Part shown: piece after piece, positions 39,617 to 50,821 of the stretch
Position numbering within the stretch: the stretch's first letter is position 1
Layout: every line of letters starts with the position of its first letter
NCBI GenBank assembly: GCA_963748815.1
Contig: CAVVKJ010000007.1
Span: forward strand, 31,173-95,172
DNA from: an uncultured Gemmatimonadales bacterium
GTDB taxonomy: Bacteria; Gemmatimonadota; Gemmatimonadetes; Gemmatimonadales; GWC2-71-9
Length of the DNA: 64,000 nucleotides
Reading direction: 5' to 3'
Notes under the pieces: generated by a model
Databases searched by the model: none
Told to the model about the DNA's origin: nothing
What the model saw: only the letters and a program-made list of their open reading frames with translations
Position numbers and translations under genes: made by a program

Positions 39617-42177
39617 CCCTGCGCGCTTTCCTGCGACTGGCCTGGCGCGAGGGGCGCGCCTCCCGGCGCCGCATGCTCCTCCTGGTGGCCGCCATCGCCA
39701 CCGGCACGGCGGCGCTGGTGGCCATCAACTCCTTCACGGCCAATCTCCGGACCTCGGTGGCCGGCGAAGCCCGCAGCCTCCTCGGCGCCGACCTGACGCT
39801 GGCGTCCCGGTCGGCGCCGAGCGATTCCCTGCTCCACCTTGCCGATTCGCTCGCCTGCGGCGGCTCCCCCGCCTGCGACAGGCGCTCCGTCGTCACCACC
39901 TTCGGGTCCATGGGGTACGTGCCCTCGCGGTCCGGCGTGCGCCTGGTGCGAGTCACCGCCGTCGAGGGAAGCTGGCCGTACTTCGGGAAGATCACGACGT
40001 CGCCCGCGGACGCGTGGCCCCGGCTCCAGGCGGACCGCATTGCTTTGGTCGACCCCGCTTTCCTGACGGCGCTCGGCGCCACGGTCGGGGACACACTCGC
40101 GCTCGGGAGCCTGCGCGTGCCGATCGTCGGCACGGTGGATCATGTGCCCGGCGATGTCGGGATCGCCACCGCCTTCGGCCCGCGGGTGTTCATTCCCGGC
40201 GGACTCGTCGCTGAAACGGGGCTGCTCGGCTTCGGCGCGCGGGCGGAGTACGACATCTATCTCCAGCTGCCGGCCGGCGCCGACGCGCAGGCGATCGCCG
40301 ACACTCTGAAGCCACGGCTCCGGCCCGACCGGGTGCGGGTCCGCACCGTGCAGGACGAACAGCGCAACCTCGGCAACGCCCTGGAGCGGCTGGGCCGGTT
40401 TCTCGGCCTTGTGGCGCTCGTGGCGCTGCTGCTTGGCGGACTCGGAGTCGGCAGCGCGGTCCATGTCCTGATCCGGCAGAAGATGGACACCATCGCCGTC
40501 CTCCGATGCCTCGGCGGGAGTTCCCGGCAGGTCTTCGGACTGTTCCTGGTGCAGGCGGCGGGCATCGGCCTGCTCGGGAGCACGCTCGGGGCCGCCTTCG
40601 GACTCGCCATCCAGCAGTTGCTGCCGCGTGTCCTCGGGGAATTTCTCCCGGTGACCGTGCTCCCCACCGTGTCCTGGCCGGCACTCGCCATCGGCCTGGG
40701 GCTGGGACTCTGGACCGCGATGGCCTTCGCGCTGATTCCGCTCCTCTCGGTCAGGAAGATCTCTCCCCTGGCCACGCTGCGCCGCCCCTACGACGCGGAG
40801 CGCCGGGCACCGCGGGATCGCTGGACGATCGCCGCGGCCGTCGTGCTGATGCTGAGCGTCGTGGGCATGGCGATGGTGCAGGCCGGGAATCCGTGGCGCG
40901 GCGCCGCCTTCGCCGCCGGCATTGGCGTGGCGCTGGTGGGACTCTGGCTCTCGGCGTTCACCCTGGTACGCGGCCTCCGACGGTGGTTTCCCCGCCGCCT
41001 GGCGTACGTGTGGCGCCAGGGGCTCGCCAACCTCTACCGGCCCGCCAACCAGACGGTGTCGGTGGTGCTCTCGCTCGGGATTCGGCACGTTCCTGCTCGC
41101 GACGCTCCTGCTGGTGCAGCACAACCTGCTCCGGTCGCTGCGGGTGGACGGGAGTTCGAAGCGCCCCAACCTGATTCTCTTCGACATCCAGCCCGACCAG
41201 GCGTCCGGCGTGGACTCGCTCCTCAAGGATCGCGGACTCGACCCGGCCCCCGCCGTGCCGATGGTCCCGATGCGCATTCAGTCCATCGGCGGCAAGACCG
41301 TCCAGGACTATTCTCGCGACACCACCGAGGTCGATGGCCGGCCGGCGGGGTGGGCGCTCCGGCGCGAGTACCGGTCCACCTATCGCGATTCGATCGTGTC
41401 GAGCGAGCGCATCGTGCTCGGGACGTGGTGGGAACCGGGCCTCGATTCCGCCGGCGCGCCGGTATCCATCTCTGTCGAGGTGGGGCTGGCCGAGGAGCTC
41501 GGGGTCAGCCTCGGTGATGAGATCACCTGGGATGTGCAGGGGGTGCCGATCCCGAGCCGGGTGACCAGCCTCCGCGAAGTGGACTGGGCGCGGTTCGAGA
41601 CGAATTTCTTCGTGGTATTCCGGCCGGGGGCGCTCGAGGCGGCGCCGCAGACGCTGGTGACGCTGGTCCGGGTGGACAGCGCGTCGGAACGCGGACTCAT
41701 CCAGCGCGCGGTGGTCGAGCGCTACGCCAACATTTCGGCACTCGACCTCTCCACCGTGCAGCGGGCGCTCGACGACATCCTCGGCAAGGTCGGCGCGGCT
41801 ATCCGGTTCATGGCGTTCTTCACCCTGGCGGCCGGGCTCGTGGTGCTGCTGGGGTCGCTCGCCACCAGCCGGGCGCAGCGGCTCCGGGAGACGGTGCTCC
41901 TCAAGACGCTCGGGGCCAGCCGGGCGCAGGTGACGCGCGTGGCGGTGTCGGAGTACCTCGCGCTCGGCGCGCTGTCGGCGCTGGCCGGGTCTGGTCCTGG
42001 CGCTGGGAAGCGGATGGGCGCTGGCGCACTGGCTCTTCGAAACCCGGTTCGCGCTCCCCGGCCTCGCCGATGCTCCTGCTCGCGGCGGGCGTCGTGGCGC
42101 TGACGGTCGGCGTGGGGCTCTGGAGCTCGGTGGACCTCTTCCGGCGCACGCCGCTGGATGCGCTGCGGAACGAATAG
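39613..42177 (+). CDS. FtsX-like ABC permease (YbbP-like), frameshifted near 41080, 41990 and 42060
   Basis: [21 protein letters not shown] in one frame. FDIQPDQ, NFFVVF, LKTLGA in the next. Ends ..PLDALRNE*. Confidence 0.85.
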
Positions 42178-42245
42178 CCGGCTTCTTACCCCGCCCTCCG
42201 GGCCGCAGTATCTTACGACCATCCTCAAACAGGTGGACTCTCCGG

Positions 42246-43160
42246 ATGCTTCCAATCGACCTGCGCGGCAAGCGCGCCTTCGTGGCCGGTGTCTCCGACG
42301 ACGGCGGGTTCGGCTTCGCCATCGCCAAGTCGCTCGCCGAGGCGGGCGCCTCGGTCTGCCTCGGCTCCTGGCCCCCCGCGCTCGGCATCTTCCAGAAGCT
42401 GCTCGAACGCGGGAAGATGGACGCGTCGATGGCCCTGGCCGACGGCCGCAAGCTGGAGTTCGAACGGATCTATCCGCTGGACGCGGCATTCGACTCGATG
42501 GCCGACGTCCCCGCCGACATCCGGGACAGCAAGCGCTACAAGGAGCACGGAGACTTCTCGATCCAGGGCGTCGTGGAGCAGTTCCGGAAGGACTTCGGCG
42601 AACGGCCGCTCGACATCGTGGTCCATTCGCTGGCCAACGGGCCCGAGGTCAAGAACCAGCTCCTCGACACCTCCCGGGCGGGGTACCTCGCGGCGGTGAG
42701 CGTGAGCGCCTACAGCAACGTCTCGTTCGTCCGGAACTTCGGGCCGCTGATGCGCGACGGCGGCTCGTTCCTCTCGCTCACCTACATGGCCGGAGAGCGG
42801 GCCATCCCCGGCTACGGCGGCGGGATGAGCACCGCCAAGGCGGCGCTCGAGGCCGACACCCGCACGCTCGCGTATGAGGCGGGCCGCCGGTTCGGCATCC
42901 GGATCAACACCATCTCCGCCGGCCCGTACGCGTCGCGCGCCGCGTCGGCCATCGGGTTCATCGACATGATGATCAACTACTGCTCCAGCAACGCCCCACT
43001 CACCCGGAAGATGGAGGCGAGCGACGTCGGCAACACCGCGGCATTCCTGGCCAGCCCGATGGCGGCCGCCATTACCGGCAGCGTGGTCTACGTGGACAAC
43101 GGCTACCACGCCATGGGGATGGCCGTCTCCCCTGAGGCGCTCACCACCCCCGCGGGCTGA
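42246..43160 (+). CDS. fabI: Enoyl-ACP reductase, plant/chlamydial-type FabI
   Basis: [51 protein letters not shown]. Confidence 0.9.
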   Translation: MLPIDLRGKRAFVAGVSDDGGFGFAIAKSLAEAGASVCLGSWPPALGIFQKLLERGKMDASMALADGRKLEFERIYPLDAAFDSMADVPADIRDSKRYKEHGDFSIQGVVEQFRKDFGERPLDIVVHSLANGPEVKNQLLDTSRAGYLAAVSVSAYSNVSFVRNFGPLMRDGGSFLSLTYMAGERAIPGYGGGMSTAKAALEADTRTLAYEAGRRFGIRINTISAGPYASRAASAIGFIDMMINYCSSNAPLTRKMEASDVGNTAAFLASPMAAAITGSVVYVDNGYHAMGMAVSPEALTTPAG

Positions 43161-43165
43161 CCGCG

Positions 43166-43835
43166 ATGTTCATCGGTCACTACGGACTGGCGCTCGCGCT
43201 CAAACGCGCGGAACCGAAGATTTCGCTCGGCACGCTGTTCGTCGCGACCCAACTGGTCGATATCGCCTGGGGCGCCACGATCCTCCTCGGCTGGGAACGG
43301 GTCAGCATCCATCCGGGCTGGACCGCCGCCACGCCACTCCAGTTTGTGTCCTACCCCATCACGCACAGCCTCCTGGCGGCCGGCCTCTGGGCCGCCGCCG
43401 CGGCCATCGCCTGGTACACCTGGCCCACCAAGGACTCCAGCGGGCACGGCCGGGCCGCCCTGATCGTCGCGCTCGCCGTCGCCTCGCACTGGTTCCTCGA
43501 CGCGGTGGTCCACATTCCCGACCTTCCGATCACCAACGACGAGTCCCTGAAGGTCGGACTCGGTATCTGGAACAGCATCCCGCTGACGTTCACGATCGAA
43601 CTCGCGCTCCTCGGGCTGGGCCTCGCCCTCTACCTGAGCGGGGGGAGCCGGAACCACCCGGTGCGGCGCTGGTGGGCGGTCGGGTTCGCCGTGGTCCTCG
43701 CCGCGGCCTACATCGCCACGACGCTGGGGCCGCCACCGCCGAGCGTCCGCGCCGTCGGCATCGGCGCCATCGCCTCGCTCCTGATCCTCGCCGCGCTGGG
43801 CGGCTGGATCGACCGCGGCCGCGCGAGCCCGCTAG
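43166..43835 (+). CDS. Membrane metal-dependent hydrolase-like protein (3' end approximate)
   Basis: MFIGHY, D-I-A-W, THSL, SHWFLDAVVHIPDLP. Protein-like character ends near 43820, so the stop was probably lost to an indel. Confidence 0.7.
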
Positions 43836-43844
43836 GAACGCTTC

Positions 43845-44216
43845 GTGTCACCGCGATTCTTCCGACTCGGCGCGCTGTCAGCGTTTCTTGCCGTCGGCGC
43901 GGGCGCCTTCGGCGCCCACGCCCTCCGCGCCCGGCTCGATCCGGGGATGTTGCTGGTGTTCGAAACGGGGGCGCGGTACCAGATGTACCACGCCCTCGGA
44001 CTGCTGGCCGTCGCGTGGGCGGTGGCGCAGTGGCCGGGCCGGCTCGCGACGGCGGCCGGCTGGTGTTTCGTCGCGGGCACCGTGCTCTTTTCGGGGAGTC
44101 TCTACGCCATGGCCCTCACGGGCGAGCGCGCCCTCGGCGCGATCACGCCGCTGGGTGGAGTCGCCTTCCTCGCCGGTTGGCTCTGCCTGGCGCTCGCGGC
44201 GCGCCGCGAGGGATGA
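43845..44216 (+). CDS. DUF423 (YgdD/TMEM256) family membrane protein
   Basis: GAFGAHAL, YQMYHALGL, LFSGSLY, GAITPLGG. Confidence 0.92.
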   Translation: MSPRFFRLGALSAFLAVGAGAFGAHALRARLDPGMLLVFETGARYQMYHALGLLAVAWAVAQWPGRLATAAGWCFVAGTVLFSGSLYAMALTGERALGAITPLGGVAFLAGWLCLALAARREG

Positions 44217-44848
44217 ACTCCGCCGCCGTTCGCTATCGCACCCTCCTCGAAACGCTCGACGCCTGGACCGCCGCCGCCCATCGACGGCATCCCGGCGTCA
44301 TTCCCTGTGCCCGTGGCTGTACCTCCTGCTGCCACGGCCCTTTCGACATTTCCGTCGCCGACCTGCTCCTCCTGCGGGAGACCGTCGCCGACCTGCCTCC
44401 CGGTCCGCGCGCGGCCCTGCGCGCCCGCGCCGAGGCTGCCGCGGCACGGCAACTGGCGCTGGCACCCGACTGGGAGGCACCCTACGACGTCCGGATGCTG
44501 GGTGAGGCGCGGTTCGACGCCCTTTGCGAATCGCTGGCCGCGGAGCCCTGCCCCTGCCTGGAAGACGGCGCCTGCGTGGTCTACGAAGGGCGGCCGGCGG
44601 TCTGTCGGATGATGGGGCTGGGCCTCGAGGCGCCGGATGACCGGAGGCTGGCCAACGGATGCCCCATTCAATCGGAGTTTCCCGCCTACGCCGCGCTTCC
44701 AGCACAGCCCTTTGACCTGCCAGCCTTCGAGGAAACGGAAGAGGCCTGCCTCGTGGAGGCAGGCCTCATGCTGTTTGATTCGGTGGAGGCGACCGGCCAT
44801 GAAACGACCATCGCCCTGGCGCTCGGGAGTCAGATTCCCCGATCGTGA
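44213..44848 (+). CDS. YkgJ family cysteine-cluster protein
   Basis: CARGCTSCC...CPCL...CVVYEGRPAVCR. ATG 44213 overlaps the previous stop. Confidence 0.85.
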   Translation: MNSAAVRYRTLLETLDAWTAAAHRRHPGVIPCARGCTSCCHGPFDISVADLLLLRETVADLPPGPRAALRARAEAAAARQLALAPDWEAPYDVRMLGEARFDALCESLAAEPCPCLEDGACVVYEGRPAVCRMMGLGLEAPDDRRLANGCPIQSEFPAYAALPAQPFDLPAFEETEEACLVEAGLMLFDSVEATGHETTIALALGSQIPRS

Positions 44849-45156
44849 AAGGTCGTCAACCGCGCGGGCAGGTTTCTCGGCTCAGTCTGCACCAGGCGGC
44901 CAAGGGGCGACACCCAGATCGTGACCGACTTCGCCCCGGGGATGACGGTCGGCCCGAAAGTGAATCTCCACACCACGGGATGGTCCCGCAGTTCCGGAGC
45001 CCCCTGCCACAGCAACTCCGCCGACCGCTCTCCCATCTTGGGCGGAGGCGCACCGAGCAGCCTGCCGACGGCGGAATAGGCCGCCGCATACGATGCGCCG
45101 ACGAGCATCGCGCCGATGAAGGCGGTGACGATGAGGTACCAGAGCAGGCGTGCCAT
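44830..45156 (-). CDS. Small hypothetical membrane protein
   Basis: SD GGAGG, N-terminal TM segment, protein-like composition. Confidence 0.6.
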   Translation of the reverse strand: MARLLWYLIVTAFIGAMLVGASYAAAYSAVGRLLGAPPPKMGERSAELLWQGAPELRDHPVVWRFTFGPTVIPGAKSVTIWVSPLGRLVQTEPRNLPARLTTFHDRGI

Positions 45157-45194
45157 CGAACCTCCCGGGCGGGGGTTGCTCGGCCGCCAGCCGA

Positions 45195-46589
45195 TTATCG
45201 GGCCAGCTGCTCCACAATGCGGTAATAGAACTCCACCCCGAACCTAACCTCAGGGACCGGGACCCGCTCGTCGTTGCCGTGGACCGTGGCGGCGACGTCG
45301 TCCGTCGTGCGCCAGGCGTCGATGCCGTAGGCGTCGATGCCGAGCGCGCGGTAATCGTAGCTGTCGGTGTAGCCGGTCAGCATCTTCGGCAGCACCAGGG
45401 CGCCGGGATCCATCGCCTCCACCGCGTCCGCAAAGGCGGCGGGTACCGGCCCCGTGACGGGCGAGGAACGCGCGGCACGGAGCTTGGACAGCGGCGTGAG
45501 CTGCACGGTGGTGTCCTGGATGACCGCCCGCAGTTGCGCCACGAAATCCTCCGGTCGCTGGCCCGGGAGGAGCCGCACATCGATTTCGGCGGACGCCTCG
45601 GCGGGAATCACGTTGGTGTTGGTCGAGCCGTGCAGCACGGTGATGGTGACCGTGTTCCTCAGAATCGCGTTCTGGTAGCGGTCGGCGGTGAGCCAGGCCG
45701 CGGCGGCGGAATCGCGCAGCGCGGCGGCGGGGTCCGCCAGCCAGGCACGATGGGTCGGGTTGGTCTCCCTCGTGGCAAGCGCCTTGAGGTACGCCTCGGC
45801 CGGAGGGGTCAGGATCAATGGTGTCTGCCAGTCGGCGATTCGTCCGAGGACGCGGGAGAGGCGCAGGGCGGCGTTCCCCTCGGTCGGCCGACTTCCGTGG
45901 CCCGGCTCCCCGCGCACCGTCAGCCGCAACCAGTAGGGCACCTTCTCGGTGGCGTCGAGGCCGTAGGAGACAGCCCTTCCGTCGTTGCCCATTTCGTTGT
46001 CGCCCCCCTCGTTCAGCAGGAATTCCGCCTGCCGGACCAGGTCGGCCTTGTGCTCGGTGAACCAGAGCGACCCGGTGGAGCCAAGCTCCTCGTCGGCGTT
46101 GGCCACCAGGAGCAGGTCGCGACTGAGCGGCACGCCCCGCCGCTTCAGTGCCACGATGGTGGCCAGCTGAATGATCCCCAACCCCTTGGTATCCTGGGCC
46201 CCGCGGCCCCAAACGGCATCTTCCGCGATCATGCCGCTGAACGGCGGATACCGCCACCGGGCGGAGTCGGCCGGGACCACGTCGATGTGATGCAGCAGCA
46301 CCATCGGCCGCGCCGCCCCGGTGCCGGGCAGCCGGGCGTAGAGGTTGCCACGCCCTGGGGCAGACTCGAAAATCTCCGCCGCGATGCCCTCCCGGGCCAG
46401 CACCGACTGGAGGAACTTCGCCCCCTCGGTCTCGTTGCCCGGTGGATTGACCGTGCGAATGCGCAGGTACTCCTGGAGCCACATGGTCGCCTCGGCGGCG
46501 AGCGCGTCGAAGTCGGGCGGGCGGGTGCCCTGCGCCCGGAGCGGCGGGGCGACGACGAGGAGCAGGAGGGTGATGACTCGGAAACGCAT
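45195..46589 (-). CDS. Exported M20/M25/M40 family metallopeptidase
   Basis: Signal peptide, HIDVVP, GRGAQDTKG, DEE, NEGG, HGS, HGNDE. Confidence 0.9.
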   Translation of the reverse strand: MRFRVITLLLLVVAPPLRAQGTRPPDFDALAAEATMWLQEYLRIRTVNPPGNETEGAKFLQSVLAREGIAAEIFESAPGRGNLYARLPGTGAARPMVLLHHIDVVPADSARWRYPPFSGMIAEDAVWGRGAQDTKGLGIIQLATIVALKRRGVPLSRDLLLVANADEELGSTGSLWFTEHKADLVRQAEFLLNEGGDNEMGNDGRAVSYGLDATEKVPYWLRLTVRGEPGHGSRPTEGNAALRLSRVLGRIADWQTPLILTPPAEAYLKALATRETNPTHRAWLADPAAALRDSAAAAWLTADRYQNAILRNTVTITVLHGSTNTNVIPAEASAEIDVRLLPGQRPEDFVAQLRAVIQDTTVQLTPLSKLRAARSSPVTGPVPAAFADAVEAMDPGALVLPKMLTGYTDSYDYRALGIDAYGIDAWRTTDDVAATVHGNDERVPVPEVRFGVEFYYRIVEQLAR

Positions 46590-46607
46590 GGGGCCTCTGG
46601 GACGGAA

Positions 46608-46637
46608 GGCGAAACGGCCCCGCCGAAGCAGGGCCGC
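46608..46637 (-). terminator. Probable intrinsic terminator after the cox operon
   Basis: Minus strand CGGCCCTGC-TTCG-GCGGGGCCG-TTTCG, a GC hairpin with UUCG loop and short U-tract. Confidence 0.55.
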
Positions 46638-46660
46638 CGGAACCACGGACGCGCCGCCGG

Positions 46661-47008
46661 TTACCCCACCGGGTGCAGGCTGCGCAGGTACGAGAAGAGG
46701 AGGAGGAGCGCCCCGATCAGGATCGTGGCGATGATCAGCGGGAAGACGAAGAGCCCGCTGAAGATCTTGCTGTCCTGCTTCAGGTGCATGTAGAACATCG
46801 CGACCAGGGCGAACTTGGCCGCGGAGAGGATGATGAGGATCTCGTTGAGGAGCGGCTCGACCAGCCCGTGCAGCGGCCAGCCGGCGCGGTGCGAGACCTC
46901 GAAGGCGAGCACCTCGAGGGCGGTCATCACAAAGAGGATGACGGCGATCCTGAGGTAGAGTGCCGGGCCCGGATGGGCGTGGTCGTGCGTGGCGGCTTGG
47001 GCGTCCAT
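46661..47008 (-). CDS. Cytochrome c oxidase subunit IV (caa3-type)
   Basis: TALEV, KFALVAMFYMHLK, three TM segments. Confidence 0.88.
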   Translation of the reverse strand: MDAQAATHDHAHPGPALYLRIAVILFVMTALEVLAFEVSHRAGWPLHGLVEPLLNEILIILSAAKFALVAMFYMHLKQDSKIFSGLFVFPLIIATILIGALLLLFSYLRSLHPVG

Positions 47009-47013
47009 GCCGG

Positions 47014-47652
47014 TCACCTCATCAGGTAGACGACGGGGAAGATCACGATCCAGACGACGTCCACGAAGTGCCAGTAGAGCGCGGCGATCTCGAGGTTGAG
47101 CGCCTTCTCGGGCGGCACCTTGCCGCGGATGGCCAGCACCAGCACCGTGGCCAGCCAGATGACCCCGATCGTGACGTGAGTGCCGTGGAACCCCGTCAGG
47201 GTGTAGAAGGACGACCCGAAGAGGTTCGTGGTGTAGCCGAGCCCCTTGTGGAAGAAGTGGTAGAACTCGTACACCTGCATCCCGATGAAGAAGAGGCCGC
47301 AAATGACCGTGGCCGTGAGCCAGCCGATCAGCTGCTTGCGGTTCCCCTTCTGGGCGCCGTGAAGGGCGAGCACCACGAAGAACGAGCTGAACAGGAGCAC
47401 GGCCGTGCCGAAGGTGACCAGCGGGATCTCGAAGATCGGCTGACAGGTGGCCATTTCGCCGTGCAGCATGCACTGCGACGTCTCGTGCGGGAGCGGGCCG
47501 ACGAGGCTCTTGCCCTTGTAGACCAGGTAGTTCGAGATCAGCGTCGCGAAGAAGAGGCATTCCGACCCGATGAACGTCCAGATGGCCAGCTTCCGGGTGT
47601 CGAGCCCGGTGGCCGTCGGGGGATGCATCGCGTGTGCGGTGTCGTGCGCCAA
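47014..47652 (-). CDS. ctaE: Cytochrome c oxidase subunit III
   Basis: FIGSECLFF, TGFHGTHV, LYWHFVDVVW. Confidence 0.95.
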   Translation of the reverse strand: MAHDTAHAMHPPTATGLDTRKLAIWTFIGSECLFFATLISNYLVYKGKSLVGPLPHETSQCMLHGEMATCQPIFEIPLVTFGTAVLLFSSFFVVLALHGAQKGNRKQLIGWLTATVICGLFFIGMQVYEFYHFFHKGLGYTTNLFGSSFYTLTGFHGTHVTIGVIWLATVLVLAIRGKVPPEKALNLEIAALYWHFVDVVWIVIFPVVYLMR

Positions 47653-47680
47653 GGGACCGTCCGTCGCAGTCGTGAGAAGT

Positions 47681-49513
47681 CTAGTGGTCGGCGGGCTCGA
47701 AGGCCCACGAGAAGATGCCGAGCATGGTGATCGCCAGCCCGAGCAGGATGACCCAGAGCGTGACGTGCATCAGGAAGCCCACCATGGTCAGGGCGGTCCC
47801 GAACGCGGTCACGAACGGCCAGTACGACGGGCTGGGAAGGTGAATCCCCTTGCCGCTCACCAGCGCCGGCTCCGGAAGGGTGCCGCCGCTGGCGCGCCGC
47901 AGTTCCCACAGCGGGTCGCGGCTGTCGACCGTCGGCTCCACCGCGAAGTTCCACTCCTGCGGCGGCGACGGGATCGACCATTCCAGCGTGGCGCCGTGCC
48001 AGGGGTCGGCCGGGGCCACCGCGCCGCTCTTGAGCGACTTCAGGATGTTCCAGATGAAGACCAGGAACGAGAAGCCGAGGATCAGCGAGCCGGCTGTCTC
48101 GACGGCGTTCCAGAACTCGAAGCCCATCCCGGCGGAGTAGGTGTACACCCGGCGCGGCATGCCGTTGAGTCCGAGGATGTGCATCGGCGCGAAGGTCAGG
48201 TTGAAGCCGATGAACATGAGCCAGAAGTGGACCTTGCCGAGGCCCTCGCTCAGCATCCGGCCGGTCATCTTCGGGAACCAGTAGTAGGCGCCGGCGACCA
48301 GCGCGAAGATGCTGCCGCCGAAGAGCACGTAGTGGAAGTGCGCCACGATGAAGTAGCTGTCGGTCTGCTGCAGGTCGGCCGGGGGCGAGGCGTGCATGAC
48401 GCCCGACAGGCCGCCGATGATGAACATCGCCACAAAGCCGAGGGCGAAGTACATCGGCGTCTTGTACTGGATCGACCCGCCCCAGACGGTGCCGATCCAG
48501 TTGAAGATCTTCACGCCGGTCGGAATGGCGATCAGCATGGTGCCGACCGAGAAGACCGTGTCCGCCATCGGGCCCATGCCGGTGGAGAACATGTGGTGGC
48601 TCCACACGCCGAACCCGAGGAAGGCGATGAAGCAGCCCGAGAAGACCATCGCGGCGTAGCCGAAGAGCGGCTTCCGCGAGAAGACCGGCAGGATCTCGGA
48701 CACGATGCCGAAGGCCGGCAGGATCAGGATGTACACCTCGGGGTGGCCGAAGAGCCAGAAGAGGTGCTGCCAGAGGACCGGGTCGCCGCCGCCGGAGGGG
48801 ACGAAGAAGTGGGTCCCGAAGTTCCGGTCGAGCATCAGGAGGACGAGCGCCACCGTGATGATCGGGAAGGCCAGCAGGAGGAGCACCTGCGTGATGAGGC
48901 TCATCCAGACGAACATCGGCATCCGCATCATCTTCATGCCGGGCGCGCGCAGGTTGATGATGGTCACGAAGAAGTTCACCGCGGCCGCCAGCGAGGCGAC
49001 GCCGAGGATCTGCAGGCCGATGATCCAGAAGTCGACGTTCAGGCCCGGGCTGTACTGCTTGGAGGTGAGGTTGGCGTAGGCGAACCACCCCATGTCCGGC
49101 GCGGCGTTGAAGAGGAAGCTCGAGTTCAGCACCAGGCCGCCGAACAGGAACACCCAGTAGCTGTAGGCGTTCAGCCGGGGGAAGGCGACGTCGCGGGCGC
49201 CGATCTGCAGCGGTATGAAATAGTTGAAGAACATCGCCGAGAGCGGCATCACCCCGAGGAAGATCATCGTGGTGCCGTGCATCGTGAACAGCTGGTTGTA
49301 CGCCTCGGGCGAGAGGAAGGTCTTGTCCGGCGCCCCGAGCTGCCAGCGAATGAGCAGCGCCTCGAGCCCGCCGATCAGGAAGAAGAGGAAGGCCGTGACG
49401 CCGTAGAGGATCCCGATCCGCTTGTGATCGACGGTGGTGATCCAGCTCCAGAGGCCGGTCTTCTGGGCGGGAGCCGCGTCGGTCCCGGCGTGCCCCATTG
49501 CAGTCGTGGACAT
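47681..49513 (-). CDS. ctaD: Cytochrome c oxidase subunit I (A1 type)
   Basis: TVDHKRIG, HGTTM, GHPEVY, WSHHM, AHFHY, GMPRR. Confidence 0.97.
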   Translation of the reverse strand: MSTTAMGHAGTDAAPAQKTGLWSWITTVDHKRIGILYGVTAFLFFLIGGLEALLIRWQLGAPDKTFLSPEAYNQLFTMHGTTMIFLGVMPLSAMFFNYFIPLQIGARDVAFPRLNAYSYWVFLFGGLVLNSSFLFNAAPDMGWFAYANLTSKQYSPGLNVDFWIIGLQILGVASLAAAVNFFVTIINLRAPGMKMMRMPMFVWMSLITQVLLLLAFPIITVALVLLMLDRNFGTHFFVPSGGGDPVLWQHLFWLFGHPEVYILILPAFGIVSEILPVFSRKPLFGYAAMVFSGCFIAFLGFGVWSHHMFSTGMGPMADTVFSVGTMLIAIPTGVKIFNWIGTVWGGSIQYKTPMYFALGFVAMFIIGGLSGVMHASPPADLQQTDSYFIVAHFHYVLFGGSIFALVAGAYYWFPKMTGRMLSEGLGKVHFWLMFIGFNLTFAPMHILGLNGMPRRVYTYSAGMGFEFWNAVETAGSLILGFSFLVFIWNILKSLKSGAVAPADPWHGATLEWSIPSPPQEWNFAVEPTVDSRDPLWELRRASGGTLPEPALVSGKGIHLPSPSYWPFVTAFGTALTMVGFLMHVTLWVILLGLAITMLGIFSWAFEPADH

Positions 49514-49527
49514 CGCGTACCCTCTCG

Positions 49528-50622
49528 TCAGTTCCCGGCGGCGGTCACGGCGACCGCCCCCGGCGCAGGCACGACGCTGAGCGACCGCAGGTACGCGATC
49601 AGCGCCGTGACTTCTTCATCGGTGAGCCCGAGGTTGGGCATCAGCACCCCCGACTTGACCTCCTGGGGGTTCTTCAGCCAGCGGGCCAGATTTTCGTCGG
49701 TGTTGGGCAGCCAGCCGGAGGCGATATCCTTGCGGCTGCCGATCCCGGCCAGGTTCGGGCCGACCATGGTCGGTGCGCCGATCGCCGTCACCGCGTGACA
49801 GCCGACGCACGCCTTGGTGGCAAAGAGCTGCTGGCCCTGCGCCACCAGCGGCGCGGGAGCCGGCGCGCCGGAATCCGCAGGGGCACCCACCGCGGCCATG
49901 CCGACGCGCCAGGCGTCGAAGTCGGCCGGGGCCTGCGCGACGACCTGGAAGGCCATCCGGGCATGCTGGGTGCCGCAGAACTCGGCGCACTGGCCCGGGT
50001 AGGTGCCGGGCGTCTCGGTCTTGAACCAGAGCCGGTTGTCGCGCCCCGGGAAGACGTCGCGCTTGCCGGCCAGCTGCGGCGTCCAGAAGCTGTGCACCAC
50101 GTCGCCCGTCGTCATCCGGAGGTCGACCGTCCGGCCGGTGGGGACGTGCATGTCACCGGCCGTCACGAGGTTGTATTCCGGATACCGGAACTCCCACCAC
50201 CACTGGTGCCCCGTCACCTCGATGACGAGCGGATTGTCGGTCGGCGTCTCGGCCGTCTTGAAGATCGTCTGGATGGTGGGAACGGCGATGAAGACAAGGA
50301 TCACCGCGGGAATGGCGGTCCACACCACTTCGAGCATCGTATTGCCGTGGTTCTGCTCCGGCTCGGCGTCGCCCGGCTTCCCGCGGAAGCGGAAGAGTGC
50401 CCAGACCAGTGCCCCCTCCACCAGGAAGAAGACGATCGTCGCCAGCTGGAAGGACCGGCGATACACCTGGTCGAGAAGTTCCGCGAAGTCCGCCTTGGGA
50501 GCCAGCGTGGTCTGCGGGTACCCATCCGTGGCGCAACCAGCCAGCGCAAGCATGGCCAGCGTGACGCACAGTGCGGGCACCCACCGGGCGACTCGCCGGA
50601 GGGAGGGAATCCTGAGGGCCAT
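49528..50622 (-). CDS. ctaC: Cytochrome c oxidase subunit II with C-terminal cytochrome c (caa3)
   Basis: LAGC lipobox, HQWWW, DVVHSFW, CAEFCGTQHARM (CuA site), CVGCH heme c. Confidence 0.95.
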   Translation of the reverse strand: MALRIPSLRRVARWVPALCVTLAMLALAGCATDGYPQTTLAPKADFAELLDQVYRRSFQLATIVFFLVEGALVWALFRFRGKPGDAEPEQNHGNTMLEVVWTAIPAVILVFIAVPTIQTIFKTAETPTDNPLVIEVTGHQWWWEFRYPEYNLVTAGDMHVPTGRTVDLRMTTGDVVHSFWTPQLAGKRDVFPGRDNRLWFKTETPGTYPGQCAEFCGTQHARMAFQVVAQAPADFDAWRVGMAAVGAPADSGAPAPAPLVAQGQQLFATKACVGCHAVTAIGAPTMVGPNLAGIGSRKDIASGWLPNTDENLARWLKNPQEVKSGVLMPNLGLTDEEVTALIAYLRSLSVVPAPGAVAVTAAGN

Positions 50623-50676
50623 TCCGTTCGTCCTGTTCAGCGAAGAATGCGGGAGATGAGTGGCCAAGCAGCCAGC

Positions 50677-50705
50677 ATTTTACCGTCCGAAGGCCCCCGC
50701 GTCAA
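50677..50705 (-). promoter_or_regulatory. sigma70 promoter of the cox operon
   Basis: TTGACG (50705-50700), 17 nt, TAAAAT (50682-50677). Confidence 0.7.
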
Positions 50706-50821
50706 TGAATCCGGTCCCCCGAATCCCGGCGCCGGAAGTCGCCGTTGTGGCGTTTCAGGACATATTGCACATGGACGGACGAGCGACCGTCGAGGACCCG
50801 ACCTCTGCCGAGGAGCGCCCC

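Noticed and set aside
43166-44848. Hydrolase-YkgJ fusion with a nested DUF423 gene
   Set aside because: The middle part is the off-frame read of DUF423. Three separate genes with one lost stop is more parsimonious.
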